24,000 nt of DNA, taken from assembly GCF_018966525.1 (NCBI RefSeq), contig NZ_CP076607.1, positions 1,657,705 through 1,681,704 of the forward strand. Direction: 5' to 3'. Source of the DNA: Paenibacillus sophorae. GTDB taxonomy: Bacteria; Bacillota; Bacilli; Paenibacillales; Paenibacillaceae. Position numbers and translations under genes: made by a program. Shown here piece after piece: positions 1 to 8,771 of the stretch. Each line of letters begins with the position of its first letter. The stretch's first letter is position 1. A model generated the notes under the pieces. It saw only the letters and a program-made list of their open reading frames with translations, did no database searches and was not told the origin of the DNA.

Positions 1-287
1 GAGGCGTGGACAAGACCGAAATCGGCATCCCTGAAGAGGATAAAGTGAAAAAGGGCGGTCATGAGTCGCTCTGCAATCCGCTTATGCAGGCGAAGATCCT
101 CAATGCGGAACAAACCGATCTGAATGTGGTCGTCGGACTTTGCGTCGGTCATGATTCGTTGTTTATGAAATATTCGGACGCCCCTGTAACAACGTTGGTA
201 ACGAAGGATCGCGTTATGGGTCATAACCCGGTTGCCGCGCTGTATACGACGACCTCGTACTACGCCAAGCTTCTCCATGCGGAATAA
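1..287 (+). CDS. DUF1847-family putative metal-binding protein, C-terminal part (5' end lies outside the window)
   Basis: The reading frame is open to the left window edge, with stop TAA at 285-287. The tail ...CNPLMQAKILNAEQTDLNVVVGLCVGHDSLFMKYSDAPVTTLVTKDRVMGHNP... matches my memory of the conserved DUF1847 core (GLCVGHD). It lies 22 nt upstream of the next gene on the same strand. Confidence 0.6.
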   Translation, partial: GVDKTEIGIPEEDKVKKGGHESLCNPLMQAKILNAEQTDLNVVVGLCVGHDSLFMKYSDAPVTTLVTKDRVMGHNPVAALYTTTSYYAKLLHAE

Positions 288-309
288 AAAGCTGGGGAGG
301 GAGACGATT

Positions 310-2604
310 ATGGGGGGAAAAGGAGTAAGTCCTTTATCCGGTTCGCGGCAGCCGCATGTGGAAGAACAGGTTATAAGGACGGCAGCTTCTCACAATTGCG
401 GTGGTTTATGCGTCTTGAAGGCGTATGTTGCCAATGGACGGATTGTGCGCATCACAACCGAGGATGATATACCGGATACCGAGACAGCCCCGCAGCTGCG
501 GGGCTGTCTACGCTGCTATTCTTACCGTGACCGTCTATATCATCCGGACCGTCTGAAATATCCGATGAAACGGGTCGGCAAACGGGGCGAAGGCAAGTTT
601 GAGCGGATCGGCTGGGATGAGGCGCTGGATATCATTGCGGCCCAAACCGAGAAGATGATGCAGAGGTATGGACCGGAGTCCATTTACTTGAATTATGCCA
701 GCGGAAATACCGGTAAGACAGCGGAGCGGGTATGGATGGCCAGATTGATGGGACTATATGGAGGCTATCTTTCGTATTACGGCACTTACAGCACGGCTTG
801 TACGCAGATTGCCACGCCTTACACTTTTGGAACAACGAAGACCGGCAGCAGCCGGGAGGATTGGGTTCACTCCAAGCTGATCATCATGCTGGGATGGAAC
901 CCGGCTGAGACCATTCATGGCACCAACACCTCCTATTACCTGAAGCGCGCCAAAGAAGCAGGCGCCCGAATTGTTGTAATCGACCCGATCTATTCCAATA
1001 CGGCTGTCGCTTTGGCCGACGAATGGATTCCGATTCGGCCTACGACGGATAGCGCGCTGCTGGATGCGATGGCTTATACGATGATTACGGAAGGACTGCA
1101 TGACCAATCCTTTCTGGACAAGTATTGCCTGGGATTTGACGAGGAGCATATGCCCGCAGGTATACCTTCCGGGAATTCGTACAAAAGCTACATTCTCGGC
1201 GAAAGTGAGGACCGGACGGTGAAAACGCCGGAATGGGCGGAGGCGATAACCGGCATTCCGCGCGAAACCATTATCCGTTTGGCACGCGAGTATGCCACGA
1301 TGCACCCCGGCGCGCTGATTCAGGGCTATGGCCCGCAGCGCCATGCTTATGGGGAACAGGTTGTGCGGAGCGGGACGGTGCTCGCTGCCATAACCGGCAA
1401 CGTGGGCGTCAAGGGGGGCTGGGCGTCCGGTGCCGGTTACCCGGCGGTTCAGCCCATTGTAGGCTCCATTCCAATCCATAATCCGTGCAAGGCGCAAATA
1501 TCGGTATTTACTTGGCCCGATGCGATTATGCGGGGAACGGAAATGGGTCCTGAACTGGGCGTTACCGGAGTAGAGAAGCTATCCTCGAATATCAAGCTGA
1601 TCTTTAATCTGGGCGGCAATTGCCTGATTAATCAGCATTCGGATTGCAACGGCACGGCGAAAATGCTGGCGGATGAAAGTCTGGTGGAACTGATTGTCGT
1701 CAGCGACCATTTTCTGACGGCAAGCGCGCGGTTCGCGGATATTCTTCTGCCGGCCGATAGCTTCATGGAGCGGAATGACATCGTCGCGGACAACAACGGC
1801 CGCTACATATTGTACATGAATAAAGTGGTTGAAACGGTCTATGAGTGCCGCAATGGCTATGATTGGATTACAGATCTGGCCGACAGACTTGGCTTAAAGA
1901 AGGAATTTACCGAAGGCCGAACGCATGAACAATGGCTGAAATATATCGTAGAGCAGACCCGGGAAGCCAATCTGGAATTTCCCGATTACGGGCGGTTTAA
2001 GGAACAGGGCGTTTACCGCTGGAACCACACGGAACCCTTTATTGCCTTCCAAAAGCAGATTGAAGATCCCGAGCGATATCCGTTCCCTACTCCCTCGGGA
2101 AAAATCGAAATTTTCTCCGAACGTCTATGGCAGAAAAACAATCCCAAGGAAATCCCTGCCGTACCCCAATATATCGCGGCTTGGGAGGGGCCGGAAGACC
2201 CGCTCAAAGCGCATTACCCCCTACAATGCATCGGTCACCATTACAAGCGCCGCGTCCATTCTTCCTTCGATAACAGCGAGTGGATGGAGGAAGCCGGCCG
2301 TCAGGAAGTGTGGATGAACACAGCTGACGCCGACGCGCGGGGCATCGCAAATGGGGATCACGTTCGGGTATATAACGAACGGGGAGAAATGTCATTGCCG
2401 GCCAAGGTGACCCCGAGAATTATGCCGGGTGTCGTTTCGGTTCCCCAGGGCGCTTGGTGGACACCGGACGAAAAAGGAGTCGATCGCCGCGGCTGCATCA
2501 ATGCTTTGACGAAGTATCATCCGACGCCTCTTGCTTTTGGCAATCCTCAGCATACGAACCTGGTACAAATCCGGAGGGATGAAGGGGAGGCCGAGCAGAC
2601 ATGA
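310..2604 (+). CDS. DMSO reductase-family molybdopterin oxidoreductase, catalytic (DmsA-like) subunit, 764 aa, no Tat signal
   Basis: Start chosen at ATG 310, which follows GGGGAGGGAG (297-306). The ORF-track start at 232 overlaps the previous gene and has no SD. DmsA-like blocks run end to end: HNCGGLC...RGCLRC, DRLKYPMKRVGKRGEGKFERIGWDEA, YGTYSTA, DEWIPIRPTTDSALL, GNCLINQHSD, TPSGKIEIFSE, VTPRIMPGVVSVPQGAWW, GNPQHTNLVQI. The N-terminus MGGKGVSPLSGSRQPHVEEQ has no RR motif and no hydrophobic h-region. Confidence 0.9.
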   Translation: MGGKGVSPLSGSRQPHVEEQVIRTAASHNCGGLCVLKAYVANGRIVRITTEDDIPDTETAPQLRGCLRCYSYRDRLYHPDRLKYPMKRVGKRGEGKFERIGWDEALDIIAAQTEKMMQRYGPESIYLNYASGNTGKTAERVWMARLMGLYGGYLSYYGTYSTACTQIATPYTFGTTKTGSSREDWVHSKLIIMLGWNPAETIHGTNTSYYLKRAKEAGARIVVIDPIYSNTAVALADEWIPIRPTTDSALLDAMAYTMITEGLHDQSFLDKYCLGFDEEHMPAGIPSGNSYKSYILGESEDRTVKTPEWAEAITGIPRETIIRLAREYATMHPGALIQGYGPQRHAYGEQVVRSGTVLAAITGNVGVKGGWASGAGYPAVQPIVGSIPIHNPCKAQISVFTWPDAIMRGTEMGPELGVTGVEKLSSNIKLIFNLGGNCLINQHSDCNGTAKMLADESLVELIVVSDHFLTASARFADILLPADSFMERNDIVADNNGRYILYMNKVVETVYECRNGYDWITDLADRLGLKKEFTEGRTHEQWLKYIVEQTREANLEFPDYGRFKEQGVYRWNHTEPFIAFQKQIEDPERYPFPTPSGKIEIFSERLWQKNNPKEIPAVPQYIAAWEGPEDPLKAHYPLQCIGHHYKRRVHSSFDNSEWMEEAGRQEVWMNTADADARGIANGDHVRVYNERGEMSLPAKVTPRIMPGVVSVPQGAWWTPDEKGVDRRGCINALTKYHPTPLAFGNPQHTNLVQIRRDEGEAEQT

Positions 2605-3197
2605 TGGGAAAGCAGATGGCTTTTTATATCGATCAGGAGCACTGCTCCGGCTGCTGCACCTGTCAAACCGCCTGTAAGGACAAGAATAACCTTGCGCCAG
2701 GACAATTGTTTCGCAGCGTCAGTGAATTCGCAGGCGGCGGGTATCGGCAGATTGGCGGCGCTGTCTATCAGGAGGTATTCGCGTATTGGGTGCCGATGAG
2801 CTGCAACCATTGTCAGGACCCGCTTTGCGTAAGCAAGTGCCCGGTTCAAGCGATTTACAAACGGGAAGAAGACGGCATTGTGATGATTAATGCCGAGCTG
2901 TGCATTGGCTGCCGCATATGTGTCCGCAATTGCCCTTATGGCGCCCCTAACTACAACCCGATTACGCGCAAGGCGGAAAAATGTGAGATGTGTCAGGATC
3001 AGCTCGCGGCAGGCAAGCAGCCGGTGTGTGTGAACTCGTGTCCTTTGCGGTTGATTGAATGCGGTCCTTTGGAGGAGCTTCAGGCCAAGCATGGAACCGT
3101 CAATCAGATCGAAGGGCTGCCTGATGCTCAGCTTACGCGGCCTTCGCTGGTTATATCTCCTCATCGCAGCGCTATCAGGAATGAGCGGCATTCATAG
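2601..3197 (+). CDS. 4Fe-4S ferredoxin-type electron-transfer subunit (DmsB-like), 198 aa
   Basis: ATGATG start overlaps the upstream stop (ATGA, 2601-2604) and follows GAAGGGGAGG. Four Cys clusters are present: CSGCCTCQTAC, CNHCQDPLCVSKCP, CIGCRICVRNCP, CEMCQD...PVCVNSCP. Confidence 0.9.
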   Translation: MMGKQMAFYIDQEHCSGCCTCQTACKDKNNLAPGQLFRSVSEFAGGGYRQIGGAVYQEVFAYWVPMSCNHCQDPLCVSKCPVQAIYKREEDGIVMINAELCIGCRICVRNCPYGAPNYNPITRKAEKCEMCQDQLAAGKQPVCVNSCPLRLIECGPLEELQAKHGTVNQIEGLPDAQLTRPSLVISPHRSAIRNERHS

Positions 3198-3275
3198 CTT
3201 CTGGTTGTTATGAATCATCCATTCATAAGCAATGGAATAAGCAGTCTGAAAGCGGGTCGCTCCGGCTGCTCACTT

Positions 3276-3314
3276 AAACAAAAAAGCAGCAACGCCTTCA
3301 AAGGCAATGCTGCT
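3276..3314 (-). terminator. Rho-independent terminator for the 3331-5115 gene
   Basis: Stem AGCAGCAACGCCTT (3285-3298) pairs with AAGGCAATGCTGCT (3301-3314), with a 2x2 internal mismatch. On the minus strand it is followed by TTTTTGTTT (complement of 3276-3284). It lies 17 nt past the stop at 3331. Confidence 0.75.
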
Positions 3315-3330
3315 GTGCTGTGCTCACCGC

Positions 3331-5115
3331 TTATTTCACGACAAGCGTGAAGCTTACAATAGCGGCAAAATCATCGAACGGGAGGCTCTCCGGGGGGTTA
3401 TACAGCGTGGCGGTGTAGGTGCCTTTTCCCTGTTCCGGCTTGATTCGGTAAGTAAAGCTGCCGTCCTTGGCTACTGGAATGCTGACAGCCTTGCTCTCCC
3501 TTTCATGGGCCGGCCGCAGTGTGAGCCGTAGAGAGGAGAAGCCATTACCTCCGGCTGTTATGGCCCCGCTTAAGTCGGCATAAGAGGATGTCTCCGCGTA
3601 GCCCGCCGGCCACGAGGTTCCGTCGCTTGAGGTCAGCTTCAGAGCCATGGCCAGGGAGTCGTAGGACGGATTACCGCTGTAACGGAAAGAAATATCGGCT
3701 GCGGTTAACGCGGAACCGACGGGAATGGTGTTGATGACGCGCCCTGTTATGGAGTCGCGGTATACGAATTCATTGTCCCCGGGCAAAAGAGGAATGCTGA
3801 CCCGGTACATGGCGTATTTACGTCCGTTATAGCCTTGCGGAGGTTTGCTTTGTTCGTAGCTGTACGAACCGAAGGAACCGAACCGGCTGCTCTCGTATGA
3901 AAAATTCCCGACACCGAATACAGATAAGGTGAGCGTGTCACCGGACGCCTGAAGTGCACGGTTGTTCGTGAACCAGCCGGTATGCTGGATTTTTCCCGTC
4001 TTCGCTGCAGAAGAATAGCTGAATACTAAACCCAACTGCTCATGCAAAAAACGGAGCGGTACCAATGTAACGCCATTCGCTTTGCGGACTTTGATGGTGG
4101 CGACTTTTTGATTGCCTTTATACACTTGACCTGTTTTTAAATGAAGCTTAAGCAGATTGTAGTATCCGCTCTCCGAGAAATAAATGGCATTCTCCGCCGG
4201 GACGGTCTGCATATTGCCCTTAATAAATGCAATTGCATCTTTTAAAGGAAAATAGGGATTTCCGTCAATTAGAAGGGGAGCGCTGCTGAGTGTAGTACGC
4301 TTGTTCTCCCGGGGATGAAACACGGTCGTACTGCTGATCCGCCAATTCAGTTCCGAATCCATCGGCAGCAGCACCACATCCGCCTGACCCAGCAGATTAA
4401 TAACCGGCCTGAAGCTGTAAAGCACCGACAGGAAATCGGCGAGTGAAGTATGGCTTACCAACTTGTAGCCTGTCTTGCTGTCAAAGGACCAATAGGCGGA
4501 GTAAACAGCACTGTTCCCCGTGCCCGATACGTTAACGATGCCTTTCGCGTCGGCAGATAAGGGTGTTGCGAACTTCGCGGCCTGGGAGAAGGCCTGAATA
4601 AGCTGCCGTTTGCGGCTGGCAGTGAACGCTGCGGAGGAATCAGCATAAATAGTCCAACCGTTCTTTGCAAGCAGAACCGTATCTCCATGCGGGAATGACG
4701 ATTGGGCTGCTCCGGCAGAAGTTTCAATCAAGACGTCCCGGGAATTTCTTACAGGCGATGCCGCGCCGGGCAGCGTGCTGGCGGCGGAAGGAGCTTTGTC
4801 TGTCTTGTAAAGCTGGATGGCATAACCCTCCTTCGTTAGCCGGCTTGAAATGCCATAATATGACGAGCCAGAATCGGGCAGGCGGGTAGGAAGATAGGCG
4901 GTCACGGGACTGGACTTATACAGTTCATTCGCAAGCGGTTCCCAGAAGCTGCGGTACCCAAAACCCGGGTCCAGAACGACCCGTCCGCCGGCCGATCCGG
5001 GCGCTGCTTCTGCTGCGTTTCTTCCGGCCCAGGGAATCATCGCGGCCAGAAGAAACACAAGAAGGGCTGCGGCGGTCCATTTAAAAGCCGGTTTAGTTCT
5101 ATAAACGCTCTTCAC
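3331..5115 (-). CDS. Secreted or membrane-anchored hypothetical protein with a central copper-amine-oxidase-N-terminal-like (stalk) segment, 594 aa
   Basis: GTG start at 5115, 9 nt after GAGGAGG. N-terminus MKSVYRTKPAFKWTAAALLVFLLAAMIPWAGRNAAEAAP looks like a signal peptide or anchor. The segment ...LLIDGNPYFPLKDAIAFIKG...ANGVTLVPLRFLHEQLGLVFSY resembles the stalk-domain pattern (vPLRf..e.LG..v). I do not recognise the rest. Confidence 0.7.
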   Translation of the reverse strand: MKSVYRTKPAFKWTAAALLVFLLAAMIPWAGRNAAEAAPGSAGGRVVLDPGFGYRSFWEPLANELYKSSPVTAYLPTRLPDSGSSYYGISSRLTKEGYAIQLYKTDKAPSAASTLPGAASPVRNSRDVLIETSAGAAQSSFPHGDTVLLAKNGWTIYADSSAAFTASRKRQLIQAFSQAAKFATPLSADAKGIVNVSGTGNSAVYSAYWSFDSKTGYKLVSHTSLADFLSVLYSFRPVINLLGQADVVLLPMDSELNWRISSTTVFHPRENKRTTLSSAPLLIDGNPYFPLKDAIAFIKGNMQTVPAENAIYFSESGYYNLLKLHLKTGQVYKGNQKVATIKVRKANGVTLVPLRFLHEQLGLVFSYSSAAKTGKIQHTGWFTNNRALQASGDTLTLSVFGVGNFSYESSRFGSFGSYSYEQSKPPQGYNGRKYAMYRVSIPLLPGDNEFVYRDSITGRVINTIPVGSALTAADISFRYSGNPSYDSLAMALKLTSSDGTSWPAGYAETSSYADLSGAITAGGNGFSSLRLTLRPAHERESKAVSIPVAKDGSFTYRIKPEQGKGTYTATLYNPPESLPFDDFAAIVSFTLVVK

Positions 5116-5234
5116 TAATCACTACCTCCTCAAACGCTTGTTTGTCATTTAAAGAGCAGACACAACAATTAGACGTTTGTAATTTCCAAAAGTTTCTAAT
5201 CAATTAAGCGTCAGCCTTTTGAGACAGCAGCACA

Positions 5235-5262
5235 AAGCCCCGAACCAAGCGGTTCGGGGCTT
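5235..5262 (-). terminator. Hairpin downstream of katA (probable terminator, weak U-tract)
   Basis: AAGCCCCGAAC (5235-5245) pairs with GTTCGGGGCTT (5252-5262), an 11-bp stem with a 6-nt loop, 22 nt past the katA stop. The minus-strand tail TGTGCTG is not U-rich. Confidence 0.45.
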
Positions 5263-5283
5263 CCTTATTATAAAAATGGGGTT

Positions 5284-6741
5284 TTAGCTCTCAACCGCTA
5301 CTGACAGCCCGAGTCCTTCGGCAATGCGTGTGCCGAATTCGGGATCGGCTTTGTAGAAATGACCGATTTGGCGGAGCTTAATGTCATCCTGTTCCACTGG
5401 CCTCATTGCATCGACGATGTTGCGCACCAGTCTGGCGCGTTCGTCTTCGCTCAGCAGACGGTACAGATCGCCCGGCTGGGTATAATGATCGTGATGGTCG
5501 TAGGCGACGCTGGCGGCCTGCCCGGAGACTTCATATGGGGCAATCTTGTGCTCCGGAGACTCTTTCGGTCCGCCGAAGCTGTTCGGCTCGTAGTATACGG
5601 AGGCGCCGCCGTTGTCGCCGTAGGCCATTGCGCCGTCGCGCTGGTGGTTATGCACCGGGCACTGCGGACGGTTGATCGGGAGCTGATTATGATTCGGTCC
5701 GACCCGGTAGCGGTGGGCGTCGGCATAGGCGAACAGACGGCCCTGCAGCATTTTGTCGGGAGAAGCCTCGATGCCTGGAACGAAGGAACCCGGGGAGAAG
5801 GTGGCCTGCTCCACTTCGGCAAAATAGTTCTCCGGATTGCGGTCCAGAACCATGCGGCCGACTTCAATCAGCGGGTAATCTTTTTGCGACCATACTTTGG
5901 TGACGTCGAACGGATCGAACCGGTACGTATCCGCGTCTTCAATCGGCATAATCTGCACGTACAGCTTCCATGCCGGGAAATCGCCGGTTGCGATCGCGTT
6001 GAACAAGTCCTCCGTATGGTAATCCGGATGCTCGCCGGCGATTTTGGCTGCCACATCGACATCCATGTTCTGAACGCCCTGCTCGGTTTTAAAATGGTAT
6101 TTCACCCAAACGGCTTGTCCCTCAGCGTTGACCCATTTGAACGTATGGCTGCCAAAACCGTGCATATGACGAAGCGTTGCCGGAATGCCGCGGTCGGACA
6201 TCAGAATGGTAACCTGATGCAGCGACTCTGGCGAAAGGGACCAGAAATCCCAAACCGCTGTCGGATTTTTCAGATGGGTCTGAGGATGGCGCTTCTGCGT
6301 ATGGATAAAGTCCGGAAATTTGATCGCATCGCGGATGAAGAAGACCGGCGTATTATTGCCGACGAGATCATAGTTCCCTTCCTCGGTATAGAACTTGACG
6401 GCAAAGCCGCGCGGATCGCGCACGGTATCGGCCGAGCCCAGTTCGCCGGCAACGGTGGAGAAACGGATGAACATGGGCGTACGTTTGCCGATGTGGGAGA
6501 GGAAGGCTGCCTTTGTATATTGGGACATATCCTGAGTGACTTCAAAATATCCGTGAGCTCCGGCGCCCTTGGCATGAACGACGCGTTCCGGGATGCGCTC
6601 TCTGTTGAAGTGGGCCAGCTTTTCCAACAGATGGACGTCTTGGATCAAGGTCGGGCCCCGCGAGCCGGCGGTCTGCGAATTTTGGTTGTCTCCTACCGGA
6701 GCGCCCCAACTGGTCGTTAAGTGGTCATGGTTTGAACTCAT
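5284..6741 (-). CDS. katA: Monofunctional heme catalase (vegetative KatA type), 485 aa
   Basis: [69 protein letters not shown] is nearly identical to the B. subtilis KatA N-terminus as I remember it. Start set at the second ATG (6741), 8 nt after GAGGTG; the first ATG (6747) is only 2 nt from the SD. Confidence 0.95.
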   Translation of the reverse strand: MSSNHDHLTTSWGAPVGDNQNSQTAGSRGPTLIQDVHLLEKLAHFNRERIPERVVHAKGAGAHGYFEVTQDMSQYTKAAFLSHIGKRTPMFIRFSTVAGELGSADTVRDPRGFAVKFYTEEGNYDLVGNNTPVFFIRDAIKFPDFIHTQKRHPQTHLKNPTAVWDFWSLSPESLHQVTILMSDRGIPATLRHMHGFGSHTFKWVNAEGQAVWVKYHFKTEQGVQNMDVDVAAKIAGEHPDYHTEDLFNAIATGDFPAWKLYVQIMPIEDADTYRFDPFDVTKVWSQKDYPLIEVGRMVLDRNPENYFAEVEQATFSPGSFVPGIEASPDKMLQGRLFAYADAHRYRVGPNHNQLPINRPQCPVHNHQRDGAMAYGDNGGASVYYEPNSFGGPKESPEHKIAPYEVSGQAASVAYDHHDHYTQPGDLYRLLSEDERARLVRNIVDAMRPVEQDDIKLRQIGHFYKADPEFGTRIAEGLGLSVAVES

Positions 6742-6771
6742 GCACATGTCACCTCGTAGAATTTAGATTTA

Positions 6772-6795
6772 GTATAAGTATTATAATAACTATAA
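6772..6795. promoter_or_regulatory. PerR (Fur-family) boxes upstream of katA
   Basis: TTATAATAACTATAA (6781-6795) differs at one position from the 7-1-7 PerR consensus TTATAATNATTATAA. An overlapping GTATAAGTATTATAA (6772-6786) has two mismatches. A minus-strand TATAAT (-10 candidate) sits at 6780-6785 inside the boxes. Confidence 0.7.
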
Positions 6796-6983
6796 TCATG
6801 AGAAAATCAATCTTTTTAAATAATATTTTAAATAGAAAAATTAGAATTGATATAGCTGGAAGAGAGTGATAATACGGAAATGAGGGGGGGAAGTCTCCGG
6901 CGGATCAACAAGATAAACTCCTACCGGAGTCTTTTCGAAGAAGCTGCCCGGTCCTTCATTAGCGGTTGTTTTTTCTTTAAACT

Positions 6984-7011
6984 AAAAAAACCCGTCCGAA
7001 ACGCGGACGGG
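6984..7011 (-). terminator. Rho-independent terminator of the phosphorylase gene
   Basis: CCCGTCCG (6991-6998) pairs with CGGACGGG (7004-7011), with a 5-nt loop. On the minus strand it is followed by seven T (complement of A 6984-6990). It lies 20 nt past the stop at 7031. Confidence 0.85.
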
Positions 7012-7030
7012 TTTGATGAGGGGAACGGAG

Positions 7031-8647
7031 TCAGGAGGAGATATACATTTTGCCGTAGTATTCCTCCAGCATTCGCTTGGTCGCGAATTCCGTACGGGTC
7101 GTCTCAATGCTTCTGCGCATCATTTGCGTCCATTTTTCGCGGTTGTCGTAATAGGTCGGCAGGACGCGGCCGAGAAGTGTATCGTACAGCGCTTCGCTGT
7201 CATGACGGTCCAGCAGCTCGAAGTCGGTCGTCTCGAAGCCGTCGCCGATCTGCCAGCCGTTCTCGCCGTCGATACAGGCCTCGGGCCACCAGCCGTCGAG
7301 GATGGAGCAGTTGAGTACGCCGTTCATGGCGGCCTTCATCCCGGAGGTTCCACTCGCTTCCAGCGGTCTTCGCGGATTGTTAAGCCACACATCGGAGCCG
7401 CGTGTCAGCATCGCCCCGATCGTCATATCGTAGTTCTCCAGGAAGACGACGCTTTTCGGATACTTTTTCATCATGGAGACAAGGTTGCTGACGATTCTTT
7501 TGCCGGTGTCGTCCAGCGGATGAGCCTTGCCGGAGAAGACGATTTGCACCTTGCCTGATTCAAGGTAGGGCTCGATGATGTCGGGCCGTGAGAAAATGAG
7601 ATCGCTTCGTTTATAAGGGGCGGCTCTGCGGGAGAAGCCTATCAACAGATTGTCCTCGTTCAGCCGGATGCCGGAACGTTCCTCGATAAACCCGATCAGC
7701 TCGTTCTTGATTTCCGCATGGGCACTCCATAGGTCACCGTTCTCTTCGTAGGCGCGGGTGATGCGTTCATCCACCCAAGTAGGCGTATGAATGGCATTGG
7801 TAATGGCAATGATCGGCGAGCGGCCAGGAACTTCCTTCCACATTTTGTTCGCGGTCTCGGCATGAAGCTTGGCTACCCCATTGGAAATGCGGGAGAGGCG
7901 CAGACCGGCGACAGTCATGTTGAACGGTTCTCCGCCGATGCGCTCCATCTGGCTGCGGGTCAGTCCGTTGAAGGCGCCCATATACTCCAGACGGCTCAGC
8001 GGATGGGATTCATTGCCCTCCTTGATCGGGGTATGGGTGGTAAATACAATCTCCTGCCGGGTCGCCTTCCAGGCTTCTTCAAAGGTATCACCGCCGGCCA
8101 TTTTTTCACGGATCAGTTCAATCGCCGCCAGCGCGGCATGACCTTCGTTAAAATGATACACATCCACCGGGATTTCCAGCGCCCGCAGGGCTTTCACCCC
8201 ACCGATTCCGAGCACGATTTCCTGGGCGATCCGTTCTTCCCCGAACCAGCCGTATAGCTGGCCTGTAATCCATGCATCGGCATTCTCCGGTATGTCCGTG
8301 TCCAGCAGGTAGAGCGGATTATTGCCAAAATGCTCCGTTTTCCAAATCTTGCAGATTACGTCTAGGCCGCGGATCTTGACAGTCACTTTTACGCCGGTAT
8401 CTTCGAGAAAATCGTAAACATAGTTGTGATAGGAGTCATACGGATTGCCGTTCGCGTCGATTCTTTGGTCGGTATAGCCCTGCTTCCACTTCAGGCCGAT
8501 GGGAATGATCGGGACATTGATATCCTTGGCGCCCTTGATGTAATCGCCGGCCAGAATGCCGAGCCCCCCGGCGTACATTTTAAAATCGGAATGCAGCCCG
8601 TACTCCATGCTGAAATAAGCGACTGACGGTAAGTTCTTCTCACTCAA
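7031..8647 (-). CDS. glgP: Alpha-glucan (glycogen/maltodextrin) phosphorylase, short GT35 form, 538 aa
   Basis: SVAYFSMEYGLHSDFKMYAGGLGILAGDYIKGAKD is present, plus the PLP-lysine block LEASGTSGMKAAMNG. Start moved to TTG 8647 (MSEKNLPSVAYF...), 9 nt after AGGGAGG. The ORF-track ATG 8719 adds 24 non-conserved residues and has no SD. Confidence 0.9.
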   Translation of the reverse strand: MSEKNLPSVAYFSMEYGLHSDFKMYAGGLGILAGDYIKGAKDINVPIIPIGLKWKQGYTDQRIDANGNPYDSYHNYVYDFLEDTGVKVTVKIRGLDVICKIWKTEHFGNNPLYLLDTDIPENADAWITGQLYGWFGEERIAQEIVLGIGGVKALRALEIPVDVYHFNEGHAALAAIELIREKMAGGDTFEEAWKATRQEIVFTTHTPIKEGNESHPLSRLEYMGAFNGLTRSQMERIGGEPFNMTVAGLRLSRISNGVAKLHAETANKMWKEVPGRSPIIAITNAIHTPTWVDERITRAYEENGDLWSAHAEIKNELIGFIEERSGIRLNEDNLLIGFSRRAAPYKRSDLIFSRPDIIEPYLESGKVQIVFSGKAHPLDDTGKRIVSNLVSMMKKYPKSVVFLENYDMTIGAMLTRGSDVWLNNPRRPLEASGTSGMKAAMNGVLNCSILDGWWPEACIDGENGWQIGDGFETTDFELLDRHDSEALYDTLLGRVLPTYYDNREKWTQMMRRSIETTRTEFATKRMLEEYYGKMYISS

Positions 8648-8752
8648 GCGGATAAGCCTCCCTAATCTTCGGATTAGATTGAATTGCAGCGAATTCTTGC
8701 GGCTGTATCGTAGATGCAAACGTTTGACTCATTAAAATGTAAATCGCTCATT

Positions 8753-8766
8753 TGAAAACGATTTCA
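8753..8766. promoter_or_regulatory. cre (CcpA-binding catabolite-responsive element)
   Basis: TGAAAACGATTTCA fits every constrained position of the consensus TGWNANCGNTNWCA. It lies just downstream of the predicted glgP -10 box, around the expected transcription start. Confidence 0.65.
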
Positions 8767-8771
8767 GTTAT

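Noticed and set aside
232-309. N-terminal extension of the DmsA-like ORF (MPRCIRRPRTTPSFSMRNKKLGRETI), which contains an RR pair
   Set aside because: It overlaps the DUF1847 coding sequence by 56 nt and has no SD. The RR is not followed by a hydrophobic h-region, so it is not a Tat signal. ATG 310 has a strong SD.
754-1497. 247-aa ORF antisense to the DmsA-like gene, and a 214-aa ORF at 2547-3191 antisense to the DmsB-like gene
   Set aside because: Both are shadow ORFs opposite strongly supported genes, with Arg-rich nonsense-like translations.
3208-3228. AT-rich hairpin TTATGAAT-CATCC-ATTCATAA after the DmsB-like stop, sharing the ATGAAT/ATTCAT half-sites with the aroK dyad at 15769-15784
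   Set aside because: The arm spacing differs (5 nt versus 2 nt), and short AT-rich palindromes are common by chance. I have no evidence for a shared regulator. It might contribute weakly to termination.
5359-6720. 453-aa ORF antisense to katA, with nested 89-138-aa ORFs in the same region
   Set aside because: It exactly shadows a very well supported catalase gene. Its translation is Arg/Ala/Gly-rich with no motifs and no SD. This is a typical antisense open frame in GC-rich third-position coding DNA.
6880-7558. 144-aa and 181-aa plus-strand ORFs starting in the katA/glgP intergenic region
   Set aside because: They run through the glgP terminator and antisense into glgP, and their translations are Arg/Ser-rich. 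There is no SD.
8662-8677. 6-bp hairpin CTAATC-TTCG-GATTAG abutting the glgP SD
   Set aside because: The stem is short and overlaps only one base of the SD. That is not enough to call a translational control element.
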